This document shows positions 26,627 to 41,400 of a DNA stretch of 64,000 nucleotides, piece after piece. Below the pieces are notes generated by a model. It ran no database searches. It was not told where the DNA came from and saw only the letters and a list, made by a program, of their open reading frames with translations. Every line of letters starts with the position of its first letter. Position 1 is the stretch's first letter. Source of the stretch: the human T2T-CHM13v2.0 reference genome, Homo sapiens. The position numbers were made by a program, and so were the translations under genes. The stretch is taken from NCBI RefSeq assembly GCF_009914755.1, contig NC_060925.1; one strand, written 5' to 3'.

Positions 26627-29600
26627 ATGGAATCGTCATCGAATGAATTGAATGCAATCATCGAATGGTCTCGAATGGAATCATCTTCTAATGGAAAGGA
26701 ATGGAATCATCGCATAGAATCGAATGGAATTATCATCGAATGGAATCGAATGGTATCAACACCAAACGGAAAAAAACGGAATTATCAAATGGAATCGAAG
26801 AGAATCTTCGAACGGACCCGAATGGAATCATCTAATGGAATGGAATGGAATAATCCATGGACTCGAATGCAATCATCATCGAATGGAATCGAATGGAGTC
26901 ATCGAATGGACTCGAATGGAATAATCATTGAACGGAATCGAATGGAATCATCATCGGATGGAAACGAATGGAATCATCATCGAATGGAAATGAAAGGAGT
27001 CATCATCTAATGGAATTGCATGGAATCATCATAAAATGGAATCGAATGGAATCAACATCAAATGGAATCAAATGGAATCATTGAACGGAATTGAATGGAA
27101 TCGTCATCGAATGAATTGACTGCAATCATCGAATGGTCTCGAATGGAATCATCTTCAAATGGAATGGAATGGAATCATCGCATAGAATCGAATGGAATTA
27201 TCATCGAATGGAATCGAATGGAATCAACATCAAACGGAAAAAAACAGAATTATCGTATGGATTCGAAGAGAATCATCGAATGGACCCGAATGGAATCATC
27301 TAATGGAATGGAATGGAATAATCCATGGACTCGAATGCAATCATCATCGAATGGAATCGAATGGAATCATCGAATGGACTCGAATGGAACAATCATTGAA
27401 CGGAATCGAATGGAATCATCATCGGATGGAAATGAATGGAATCATCATCGAATGGAATCGAATAGAATTATGGAATGAAATCCAGTGTGATCATCATCGA
27501 ATGGACCCGAATGGAATCATCATCCAACGGAAGCTAATGGAATCAACATCGAATGAATCGAATGGAAACACCATCGAATTGAAACGAATGGAATTATCAT
27601 GAAATTGAAATGGATGGACTCATCATCGAATGGATTCGAATGGAATCATCGAATAAAATTGATTGAAATCATCATCCAATGGAATCGAATGGTATCATTG
27701 AATGGAATCGAATGGAATCATCATCAGATGGAAATGAATGGAATCGTCATAGAATGGAATCGAATGGATTCATTGAATGGAATCAGAAGGAATCATCGAA
27801 TGGACTGGAATGGAATCATTGAATGGACTCGAAAGGGATCATGATTGAATGGAATTGAATGGAATCATCGAATGGTCTCGATTGGAATCATTACCAAATG
27901 GAATCGAATGGAATCACCGAATACAATCGAATGGAACAATCATCGAATGGACTCAAATGGAATTATCCTCAAATGGAATCAAATGGAATTATCGAATGCA
28001 ATCGAATGGAATTATCGAATGCAATCGAATAGAATCATCGAAAGGACTCGAATGGAATCATCGAATGGAATGGAATGGAACAGTCAATGAACTCGAATGG
28101 AATCATCATTGAATGGAATCGAATGGAATCATCGAGTGGAATCGAATGGAATTATGATCAAATGGAATCGAATGTAATCATCATCAAATGGAATCAAAAA
28201 TAACCATCATCAATTGGTATTGAATGGAATTGTCATCAAATGGAATTCAAAGGAATCATCATCAAATGGAACCGAATGGAATCCTCATTGAATGGAAATG
28301 AAAGGGGTCATCATCTAATGGAATCGCATGGAATCATCATCAAATGGAATCGAATGGAATCATCATCAAATGGAATCTAATGGAATCATTGAACAGAATT
28401 GAATGGAATGGTCATCGAATGAATTGAATGCAATCATCGAATGGTCTCGAATGGAATCATCTTCTAATGGAAAGGAATGGAATCATCGCATAGAATCGAA
28501 TGGAATTATCATCGAATGGAATCGAATGGTATCAACACCAAACGGAAAAAAACGGAATTATCGAATGGAATCGAAGAGAATCTTCGAACGGACCCGAATG
28601 GAATCATCTAATGGAATGGAATGGAATAATCCATGGACTCGAATGCAATCATCATCGAATGGAATGGAATGGAATCATCGAATGGACTCGAATGGAATAA
28701 TCATTGAACGGAATCGAATGGAATCATCATCGGATGGAAACGAATGGAATCATCATCGAATGGAAATGAAAGGAGTCATCATCTAATGGAATTGCATGGA
28801 ATCATCATAAAATGGAATCGAATGGAATCAACATCAAATGGAATCAAATGGAATCATTGAACGGAATTGAATGGAATCGTCATCGAATGAATTGACTGCA
28901 ATCATCGAATGGTCTCGAATGGAATCATCTTCAAATGGAATGGAATGGAATCATCGCATAGAATCGAATGGAATTATCATCGAATGGAATCGAATGGAAT
29001 CAACATCAAACGGAAAAAAACGGAATTATCGAATGGAATCGAAGAGAATCATCGAATGGACCCGAATGGAATCATCTAATGGAATGGAATGGAATAATCC
29101 ATGGACTCGAATGCAATCATCATCGAATGGAATCGAATGGAATCATCGAATGGACTCGAATGGAATAATCATTGAACGGAATCGAATGGAATCATCATCG
29201 GATGGAAATGAATGGAATCATCATCGAATGGAATCGAATAGAATTATGGAATGAAATCCAGTGTGATCATCATCGAATGGACCCGAATGGAATCATCATC
29301 CAACGGAAGCTAATGGAATCAACATCGAATGAATCGAATGGAAACACCATCGAATTGAAACGAATGGAATTATCATGAAATTGAAATGGATGGACTCATC
29401 ATCGAATGGATTCGAATGGAATCATCGAATAAAATTGATTGAAATCATCATCCAATGGAATCGAATGGTATCATTGAATGGAATCGAATGGAATCATCAT
29501 CAGATGGAAATGAATGGAATCGTCATAGAATGGAATCGAATGGATTCATTGAATGGAATCAGATGGAATCATCGAATGGACTGGAATGGAATCATTGAAT

Positions 29601-30178
29601 GGACTCGAAAGGGATCATGATTGAATGGAATTGAATGGAATCATCGAATGGTCTCGATTGGAATCATTATCAAATGGAATCGAATGGAATCACCGAATAG
29701 AATCGAATGGAACAATCATCGAATGGACTCAAATGGAATTATCCTCCAATGGAATCGAATGGAATTATCGAATGCAATCGAATGGAATTATCGAATGCAA
29801 TCGAATAGAATCATCGAATGGACTCGAATGGAATCATCGAATGGAATGGAATGGAACAGTCAATGAACTCGAATGGAATCATCATTGAATGGAATCGAAT
29901 GGAATCATCGAGTGGAATCGAATGGAATTATGATCAAATGGAATCGAATGTAATCCTCATCAAATGGAATCAAAAATAACCATCATCAATTGGTATTGAA
30001 TGGAATTGTCATCAAATGGAATTCAAAGGAATCATCATCAAATGGAACCGAATGGAATCCTCATTGAATGGAAATGAAAGGGGTCATCATCTAATGGAAT
30101 CGCATGGAATCATCATCAAATGGAATCGAATGGAATCATCATCAAATGGAATCTAATGGAATCATTGAACAGAATTGA

Positions 30179-32422
30179 ATGGAATGGTCATCGAATGAAT
30201 TGAATGCAATCATCGAATGGTCTCGAATGGAATCATCTTCTAATGGAAAGGAATGGAATCATCGCATAGAATCGAATGGAATTATCATCGAATGGAATCG
30301 AATGGTATCAACACCAAACGGAAAAAAACGGAATTATCGAATGGAATCGAAGAGAATCTTCGAACGGACCCGAATGGAATCATGTAATGGAATGGAATGG
30401 AATAATCCATGGACTCGAATGCAATCATCATCGAATGGAATGGAATGGAATCATCGAATGGACTCGAATGGAATAATCATTGAACGGAATCGAATGGAAT
30501 CATCATCGGATGGAAACGAATGGAATCATCATCGAATGGAAATGAAAGGAGTCATCATCTAATGGAATTGCATGGAATCATCATAAAATGGAATCGAATG
30601 GAATCAACATCAAATGGAATCAAATGGAATCATTGAACGGAATTGAATGGAATCGTCATCGAATGAATTGACTGCAATCATCGAATGGTCTCGAATGGAA
30701 TCATCTTCAAATGGAATGGAATGGAATCATCGCATAGAATCGAATGGAATTATCATCGAATGGAATCGAATGGAATCAACATCAAACGGAAAAAAACGGA
30801 ATTATCGAATGGAATCGAAGAGAATCATCGAATGGACCCGAATGGAATCATCTAATGGAATGGAATGGAATAATCCATGGACTCGAATGCAATCATCATC
30901 GAATGGAATGGAATGGAATCATCGAATGGACTCGAATGGAATAATCATTGAACGGAATTGAATGGAATCATCATCGGATGGAAACGAATGGAATCATCAT
31001 CGAATGGAAATGAAAGGAGTCATCATCTAATGGAATTGCATGGAATCATCATAAAATGGAATCGAATGGAATCAACATCAAATGGAATCAAATGGAATCA
31101 TTGAACGGAATTGAATGGAATCGTCATCGAATGAATTGACTGCAATCATCGAATGGTCTCGAATGGAATCATCTTCAAATGGAATGGAATGGAATCATCG
31201 CATAGAATCGAATGGAATTATCATCGAATGGAATCGAATGGAATCAACATCAAACGGAAAAAAACAGAATTATCGTATGGAATCGAAGAGAATCATCGAA
31301 TGGACCCGAATGGAATCATCTAATGGAATGGAATGGAATAATCCATGGACTCGAATGCAATCATCATCGAATGGAATCGAATGGAATCATCGAATGGACT
31401 CGAATGGAATAATCATTGAACGGAATCGAATGGAATCATCATCGGATGGAAATGAATGGAATCATCATCGAATGGAATCGAATAGAATTATGGAATGAAA
31501 TCCAGTGTGATCATCATCGAATGGACCCGAATGGAATCATCATCCAACGGAAGCTAATGGAATCAACATCGAATGAATCGAATGGAAACACCATCGAATT
31601 GAAACGAATGGAATTATCATGAAATTGAAATGGATGGACTCATCATCGAATGGATTCGAATGGAATCATCGAATAAAATTGATTGAAATCATCATCCAAT
31701 GGAATCGAATGGTATCATTGAATGGAATCGAATGGAATCATCATCAGATGGAAATGAATGGAATCGTCATAGAATGGAATCGAATGGATTCATTGAATGG
31801 AATCAGATGGAATCATCGAATGGACTGGAATGGAATCATTGAATGGACTCGAAAGGGATCATTATTGAATGGAATTGAATGGAAACATCGAATGGTCTCG
31901 ATTGGAATCATTACCAAATGGAATCGAATGGAATCACCGAATAGAATCGAATGGAACAATCATCGAATGGACTCAAATGGAATTATCCTCAAATGGAATC
32001 GAATGGAATTATCGAATGCAATCGAATGGAATTATCGAATGCAATCGAATAGAATCATCGAAAGGACTCGAATGGAATCATCGAATGGAATGGAATGGAA
32101 CAGTCAATGAACTCGAATGGAATCATCATTGAATGGAATCGAATGGAATCATCGAGTGGAATTGAATGGAATTATGATCAAATGGAATCGAATGTAATCA
32201 TCATCAAATGGAATCAAAAATAACCATCATCAATTGGTATTGAATGGAATTGTCATCAAATGGAATTCAAAGGAATCATCATCAAATGGAACCGAATGGA
32301 ATCCTCATTGAATGGAAATGAAAGGGGTCATCATCTAATGGAATCGCATGGAATCATCATCAAATGGAATCGAATGGAATCATCATCAAATGGAATCTAA
32401 TGGAATCATTGAACAGAATTGA
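30179..32422 (+). repeat. Long 2244-bp unit with three subrepeats (A, B/A hybrid, B)
   Basis: Subunit starts at 30179, 30647 and 31115 (468-bp steps). The middle copy has a B-type head and an A-type tail. Confidence 0.9.
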
Positions 32423-35400
32423 ATGGAATCGTCATCGACTGAATTGAATGCAATCATCGAATGGTCTCGAATGGAATCATCTTCTAATGGAAAGGAATGG
32501 AATCATCGCATAGAATCGAATGGAATTATCATCGAATGGAATCGAATGGTATCAACACCAAACGGAAAAAAACGGAATTATCGAATGGAATCGAAGAGAA
32601 TCTTCGAACGGACCCGAATGGAATCATCTAATGGAATGGAATGGAATAATCCATGGACTCGAATGCAATCATCATCGAATGGAATGGAATGGAATCATCG
32701 AATGGACTCGAATGGAATAATCATTGAACGGAATCGAATGGAATCATCATCGGATGGAAACGAATGGAATCATCATCGAATGGAAATGAAAGGAGTCATC
32801 ATCTAATGGAATTGCATGGAATCATCATAAAATGGAATCGAATGGAATCAACATCAAATGGAATCAAATGGAATCATTGAACGGAATTGAATGGAATCGT
32901 CATCGAATGAATTGACTGCAATCATCGAATGTTATCGAATGGAATCATCTTCAAATGGAATGGAATGGAATCATCGCATAGAATCGAATGGAATTATCAT
33001 CGAATGGAATCGAATGGAATCAACATCAAACGGAAAAAAACGGAATTATCGTATGGAATCGAAGAGAATCATCGAATGGACCCGAATGGAATCATCTAAT
33101 GGAATGGAATGGAATAATCCATGGACTCGAATGCAATCATCATCGAATGGAATCGAATGGAATCATCGAATGGACTCGAATGGAATAATCATTGAACGGA
33201 ATCGAATGGAATCATCATCGGATGGAAATGAATGGAATCATCATCAAATGGAATCGAATAGAATTATGGAATGAAATCCAGTGTGATCATCATCGAATGG
33301 ACCCGAATGGAATCATCATCCAACGGAAGCTAATGGAATCAACATCGAATGAATCAAATGGAAACACCATCGAATTGAAACGAATGGAATTATCATGAAA
33401 TTGAAATGGATGGACTCATCATCGAATGGATTCGAATGGAATCATCGAATAAAATTGATTGAAATCATCATCGAATGGAATCGAATGGTATCATTGAATG
33501 GAATCGAATGGAATCATCATCAGATGGAAATGAATGGAATCGTCATAGAATGGAATCGAATGGATTCATTGAATGGAATCAGATGGAATCATCGAATGGA
33601 CTGGAATGGAATCATTGAATGGACTCGAAAGGGATCATGATTGAATGGAATTGAATGGAATCATCGAATGGTCTCGATTGGAATCATTATCAAATGGAAT
33701 CGAATGGAATCACCGAATAGAATCGAATGGAACAATCATCGAATGGACTCAAATGGAATTATCCTCAAATGGAATCGAATGGAATTATCGAATGCAATCG
33801 AATGGAATTATCGAATGCAATCGAATAGAATCATCGAAAGGACTCGAATGGAATCATCGAATGGAATGGAATGGAACAGTCAATGAACTCGAATGGAATC
33901 ATCATTGAATGGAATCGAATGGAATCATCGAGTGGAATCGAATGGAATTATGATCAAATGGAATCGAATGTAATCCTCATCAAATGGAATCAAAAATAAC
34001 CATCATCAATTGGTATTGAATGGAATTGTCATCAAATGGAATTCAAAGGAATCATCATCAAATGGAACCGAATGGAATCCTCATTGAATGGAAATGAAAG
34101 GGGTCATCATCTAATGGAATCGCATGGAATCATCATCAAATGGAATCGAATGGAATCATCATCAAATGGAATCTAATGGAATCATTGAACAGAATTGAAT
34201 GGAATCGTCATCGAATGAATTGAATGCAATCATCGAATGGTCTCGAATGGAATCATCTTCTAATGGAAAGGAATGGAATCATCGCATAGAATCGAATGGA
34301 ATTATCATCGAATGGAATCGAATGGTATCAACACCAAACGGAAAAAAACGGAATTATCGAATGGAATCGAAGAGAATCTTCGAACGGACCCGAATGGAAT
34401 CATCTAATGGAATGGAATGGAATAATCCATGGACTCGAATGCAATCATCATCGAATGGAATGGAATGGAATCATCGAATGGACTCGAATGGAATAATCAT
34501 TGAACGGAATCGAATGGAATCATCATCGGATGGAAACGAATGGAATCATCATCGAATGGAAATGAAAGGAGTCATCATCTAATGGAATTGCATGGAATCA
34601 TCATAAAATGGAATCGAATGGAATCAACATCAAATGGAATCAAATGGAATCATTGAACGGAATTGAATGGAATCGTCATCGAATGAATTGACTGCAATCA
34701 TCGAATGGTCTCGAATGGAATCATCTTCAAATGGAATGGAATGGAATCATCGCATAGAATCGAATGGAATTATCATCGAATGGAATCGAATGGAATCAAC
34801 ATCAAACGGAAAAAAACGGAATTATCGAATGGAATCGAAGAGAATCATCGAATGGACCCGAATGGAATCATCTAATGGAATGGAATGGAATAATCCATGG
34901 ACTCGAATGCAATCATCATCGAATGGAATCGAATGGAATCATCGAATGGACTCGAATGGAATAATCATTGAACGGAATCGAATGGAATCATCATCGGATG
35001 GAAATGAATGGAATCATCATCGAATGGAATCGAATAGAATTATGGAATGAAATCCAGTGTGATCATCATCGAATGGACCCGAATGGAATCATCATCCAAC
35101 GGAAGCTAATGGAATCAACATCGAATGAATCGAATGGAAACACCATCGAATTGAAACGAATGGAATTATCATGAAATTGAAATGGATGGACTCATCATCG
35201 AATGGATTCGAATGGAATCATCGAATAAAATTGATTGAAATCATCATCCAATGGAATCGAATGGTATCATTGAATGGAATCGAATGGAATCATCATCAGA
35301 TGGAAATGAATGGAATCGTTATAGAATGGAATCGAATGGATTCATTGAATGGAATCAGATGGAATCATCGAATGGACTGGAATGGAATCATTGAATGGAC

Positions 35401-38400
35401 TCGAAAGGGATCATGATTGAATGGAATTGAATGGAATCATCGAATGGTCTCGATTGGAATCATTATCAAATGGAATCGAATGGAATCACCGAATAGAATC
35501 GAATGGAACAATCATCGAATGGACTCAAATGGAATTATCCTCCAATGGAATCGAATGGAATTATCGAATGCAATCGAATGGAATTATCGAATGCAATCGA
35601 ATAGAATCATCGAATGGACTCGAATGGAATCATCGAATGGAATGGAATGGAACAGTCAATGAACTCGAATGGAATCATCATTGAATGGAATCGAATGGAA
35701 TCATCGAGTGGAATCGAATGGAATTATGATCAAATGGAATCGAATGTAATCCTCATCAAATGGAATCAAAAATAACCATCATCAATTGGTATTGAATGGA
35801 ATTGTCATCAAATGGAATTCAAAGGAATCATCATCAAATGGAACCGAATGGAATCCTCATTGAATGGAAATGAAAGGGGTCATCATCTAATGGAATCGCA
35901 TGGAATCATCATCAAATGGAATCGAATGGAATCATCATCAAATGGAATCTAATGGAATCATTGAACAGAATTGAATGGAATCGTCATCGAATGAATTGAA
36001 TGCAATCATCGAATGGTCTCGAATGGAATCATCTTCTAATGGAAAGGAATGGAATCATCGCATAGAATCGAATGGAATTATCATCGAATGGAATCGAATG
36101 GTATCAACACCAAACGGAAAAAAACGGAATTATCGAATGGAATCGAAGAGAATCTTCGAACGGACCCGAATGGAATCATCTAATGGAATGGAATGGAATA
36201 ATCCATGGACTCGAATGCAATCATCATCGAATGGAATCGAATGGAATCATCGAATGGACTCGAATGGAATAATCATTGAACGGAATTGAATGGAATCATC
36301 ATCGGATGGAAACGAATGGAATCATCATCGAATGGAAATGAAAGGAGTCATCATCTAATGGAATTGCATGGAATCATCATAAAATGGAATCGAATGGAAT
36401 CAACATCAAATGGAATCAAATGGAATCATTGAACGGAATTGAATGGAATCGTCATCGAATGAATTGACTGCAATCATCGAATGGTCTCGAATGGAATCAT
36501 CTTCAAATGGAATGGAATGGAATCATCGCATAGAATCGAATGGAATTATCATCGAATGGAATCGAATGGAATCAACATCAAACGGAAAAAAACAGAATTA
36601 TCGTATGGAATCGAAGAGAATCATCGAATGGACCCGAATGGAATCATCTAATGGAATGGAATGGAATAATCCATGGACTCGAATGCAATCATCATTGAAT
36701 GGAATCGAATGGAATCATCGAATGGACTCGAATGGAATAATCATTGAACGGAATCGAATGGAATCATCATCGGATGGAAATGAATGGAATCATCATCGAA
36801 TGGAATCGAATAGAATTATGGAATGAAATCCAGTGTGATCATCATCGAATGGACCCGAATGGAATCATCATCCAACGGAAGCTAATGGAATCAACATCGA
36901 ATGAATCGAATGGAAACACCATCGAATTGAAACGAATGGAATTATCATGAAATTGAAATGGATGGACTCATCATCGAATGGATTCGAATGGAATCATCGA
37001 ATAAAATTGATTGAAATCATCATCCAATGGAATCGAATGGTATCATTGAATGGAATCGAATGGAATCATCATCAGATGGAAATGAATGGAATCGTCATAG
37101 AATGGAATCGAATGGATTCATTGAATGGAATCAGATGGAATCATCGAATGGACTGGAATGGAATCATTGAATGGACTCGAAAGGGATCATGATTGAATGG
37201 AATTGAATGGAATCATCGAATGGTCTCGATTGGAATCATTATCAAATGGAATCGAATGGAATCACCGAATAGAATCGAATGGAACAATCATCGAATGGAC
37301 TCAAATGGAATTATCCTCAAATGGAATCAAATGGAATTATCGAATGCAATCGAATGGAATTATCGAATGCAATCGAATAGAATCATCGAAAGGACTCGAA
37401 TGGAATCATCGAATGGAATGGAATGGAACAGTCAATGAACTCGAATGGAATCATCATTGAATGGAATCGAATGGAATCATCGAGTGGAATCGAATGGAAT
37501 TATGATCAAATGGAATCGAATGTAATCCTCATCAAATGGAATCAAAAATAACCATCATCAATTGGTATTGAATGGAATTGTCATCAAATGGAATTCAAAG
37601 GAATCATCATCAAATGGAACCGAATGGAATCCTCATTGAATGGAAATGAAAGGGGTCATCATCTAATGGAATCGCATGGAATCATCATCAAATGGAATCG
37701 AATGGAATCATCATCAAATGGAATCTAATGGAATCATTGAACAGAATTGAATGGAATCGTCATCGAATGAATTGAATGCAATCATCGAATGGTCTCGAAT
37801 GGAATCATCTTCTAATGGAAAGGAATGGAATCATCGCATAGAATCGAATGGAATTATCATCGAATGGAATCGAATGGTATCAACACCAAACGGAAAAAAA
37901 CGGAATTATCGAATGGAATCGAAGAGAATCTTCGAACGGACCCGAATGGAATCATCTAATGGAATGGAATGGAATAATCCATGGACTCGAATGCAATCAT
38001 CATCGAATGGAATGGAATGGAATCATCGAATGGACTCGAATGGAATAATCATTGAACGGAATCGAATGGAATCATCATCGGATGGAAACGAATGGAATCA
38101 TCATCGAATGGAAATGAAAGGAGTCATCATCTAATGGAATTGCATGGAATCATCATCAAATGGAATCGAATGGAATCAACATCAAATGGAATCAAATGGA
38201 ATCATTGAACGGAATTGAATGGAATCGTCATCGAATAAATTGACTGCAATCATCGAATGGTCACGAATGGAATCATCTTCAAATGGAATGGAATGGAATC
38301 ATCGCATAGAATCGAATGGAATTATCATCGAATGGAATCGAATGGAATCAACATCAAACGGAAAAAAACGGAATTATCGAATGGAATCGAAGAGAATCAT

Positions 38401-41400
38401 CGAATGGACCCGAATGGAATCATCTAATGGAATGGAATGGAATAATCCATGGACTCGAATGCAATCATCATCGAATGGAATCGAATGGAATCATCGAATG
38501 GACTCGAATGGAATAATCATTGAACGGAATCGAATGGAATCATCATCGGATGGAAATGAATGGAATCATCATCGAATGGAATCGAATAGAATTATGGAAT
38601 GAAATCCAGTGTGATCATCATCGAATGGACCCGAATGGAATCATCATCCAACGGAAGCTAATGGAATCAACATCGAATGAATCGAATGGAAACACCATCG
38701 AATTGAAACGAATGGAATTATCATGAAATTGAAATGGATGGACTCATCATCGAATGGATTCGAATCGAATCATCGAATAAAATTGATTGAAATCATCATC
38801 AAATGGAATCGAATGGTATCATTGAATGGAATCGAATGGAATCATCATCAGATGGAAATGAATGGAATCGTCATAGAATGGAATCGAATGGATTCATTGA
38901 ATGGAATCAGATGGAATCATCGAATGGACTGGAATGGAATCATTGAATGGACTCGAAAGGGATCATTATTGAATGGAATTGAATGGAATCATCGAATGGT
39001 CTCGATTGGAATCATTACCAAATGGAATCGAATGGAATCACCGAATAGAATCGAATGGAACAATCATCGAATGGACTCAAATGGAATTATCCTCCAATGG
39101 AATCGAATGGAATTATCGAATGCAATCGAATGGAATTATCGAATGCAATCGAATAGAATCATCGAAAGGACTCGAATGGAATCATCGAATGGAATGGAAT
39201 GGAACAGTCAATGAACTCGAATGGAATCATCATTGAATGGAATCGAATGGAATCATCGAGTGGAATTGAATGGAATTATGATCAAATGGAATCGAATGTA
39301 ATCATCATCAAATGGAATCAAAAATAACCATCATCAATTGGTATTGAATGGAATTGTCATCAAATGGAATTCAAAGGAAACATCATCAAATGGAACCGAA
39401 TGGAATCCTCATTGAATGGAAATGAAAGGGGTCATCATCTAATGGAATCGCATGGAATCATCATCAAATGGAATCGAATGGAATCATCATCAAATGGAAT
39501 CTAATGGAATCATTGAACAGAATTGAATGGAATCGTCATCGACTGAATTGAATGCAATCATCGAATGGTCTCGAATGGAATCATCTTCTAATGGAAAGGA
39601 ATGGAATCATCGCATAGAATCGAATGGAATTATCATCGAATGGAATCGAATGGTATCAACACCAAACGGAAAAAAACGGAATTATCGAATGGAATCGAAG
39701 AGAATCTTCGAACGGACCCGAATGGAATCATCTAATGGAATGGAATGGAATAATCCATGGACTCGAATGCAATCATCATCGAATGGAATCGAATGGAATC
39801 ATCGAATGGACTCGAATGGAATAATCATTGAATGGAATCGAATGGAATCATCATCGGATGGAAACGAATGGAATCATCATCGAATGGAAATGAAAGGAGT
39901 CATCATCTAATGGAATTGCATGGAATCATCATAAAATGGAATCGAATGGAATCAACATCAAATGGAATCAAATGGAATCATTGAACGGAATTGAATGGAA
40001 TCGTCATCGAATGAATTGACTGCAATCATCGAATGGTCTCGAATGGAATCATCTTCAAATGGAATGGAATGGAATCATCGCATAGAATCGAATGGAATTA
40101 TCATCGAATGGAATCGAATGGAATCAACATCAAACGGAAAAAAACGGAATTATCGAATGGAATCGAAGAGAATCATCGAATGGACCCGAATGGAATCATC
40201 TAATGGAATGGAATGGAATAATCCATGGACTCGAATGCAATCATCATCGAATGGAATCGAATGGAATCATCGAATGGACTCGAATGGAATAATTATTGAA
40301 CGGAATCGAATGGAATCATCATCGGATGGAAATGAATGGAATCATCATCGAATGGAATCGAATAGAATTATGGAATGAAATCCAGTGTGATCATCATCGA
40401 ATGGACCCGAATGGAATCATCATCCAACGGAAGCTAATGGAATCAACATCGAATGAATCGAATGGAAACACCATCGAATTGAAACGAATGGAATTATCAT
40501 GAAATTGAAATGGATGGACTCATCATCGAATGGATTCGAATGGAATCATCGAATAAAATTGATTGAAATCATCATCCAATGGAATCGAATGGTATCATTG
40601 AATGGAATCGAATGGAATCATCATCAGATGGAAATGAATGGAATCGTCATAGAATGGAATCGAATGGATTCATTGAATGGAATCAGATGGAATCATCGAA
40701 TGGACTGGAATGGAATCATTGAATGGACTCGAAAGGGATCATGATTGAATGGAATTGAATGGAATCATCGAATGGTCTCGATTGGAATCATTATCAAATG
40801 GAATCGAATGGAATCACCGAATAGAATCGAATGGAACAATCATCGAATGGACTCAAATGGAATTATCCTCCAATGGAATCGAATGGAATTATCGAATGCA
40901 ATCGAATGGAATTATCGAATGCAATCGAATAGAATCATCGAATGGACTCGAATGGAATCATCGAATGGAATGGAATGGAACAGTCAATGAACTCGAATGG
41001 AATCATCATTGAATGGAATCGAATGGAATCATCGAGTGGAATCGAATGGAATTATGATCAAATGGAATCGAATGTAATCCTCATCAAATGGAATCAAAAA
41101 TAACCATCATCAATTGGTATTGAATGGAATTGTCATCAAATGGAATTCAAAGGAATCATCATCAAATGGAACCGAATGGAATCCTCATTGAATGGAAATG
41201 AAAGGGGTCATCATCTGATGGAATCGCATGGAATCATCATCAAATGGAATCGAATGGAATCATCATCAAATGGAATCTAATGGAATCATTGAACAGAATT
41301 GAATGGAATCGTCATCGAATGAATTGAATGCAATCATCGAATGGTCTCGAATGGAATCATCTTCTAATGGAAAGGAATGGAATCATCGCATAGAATCGAA

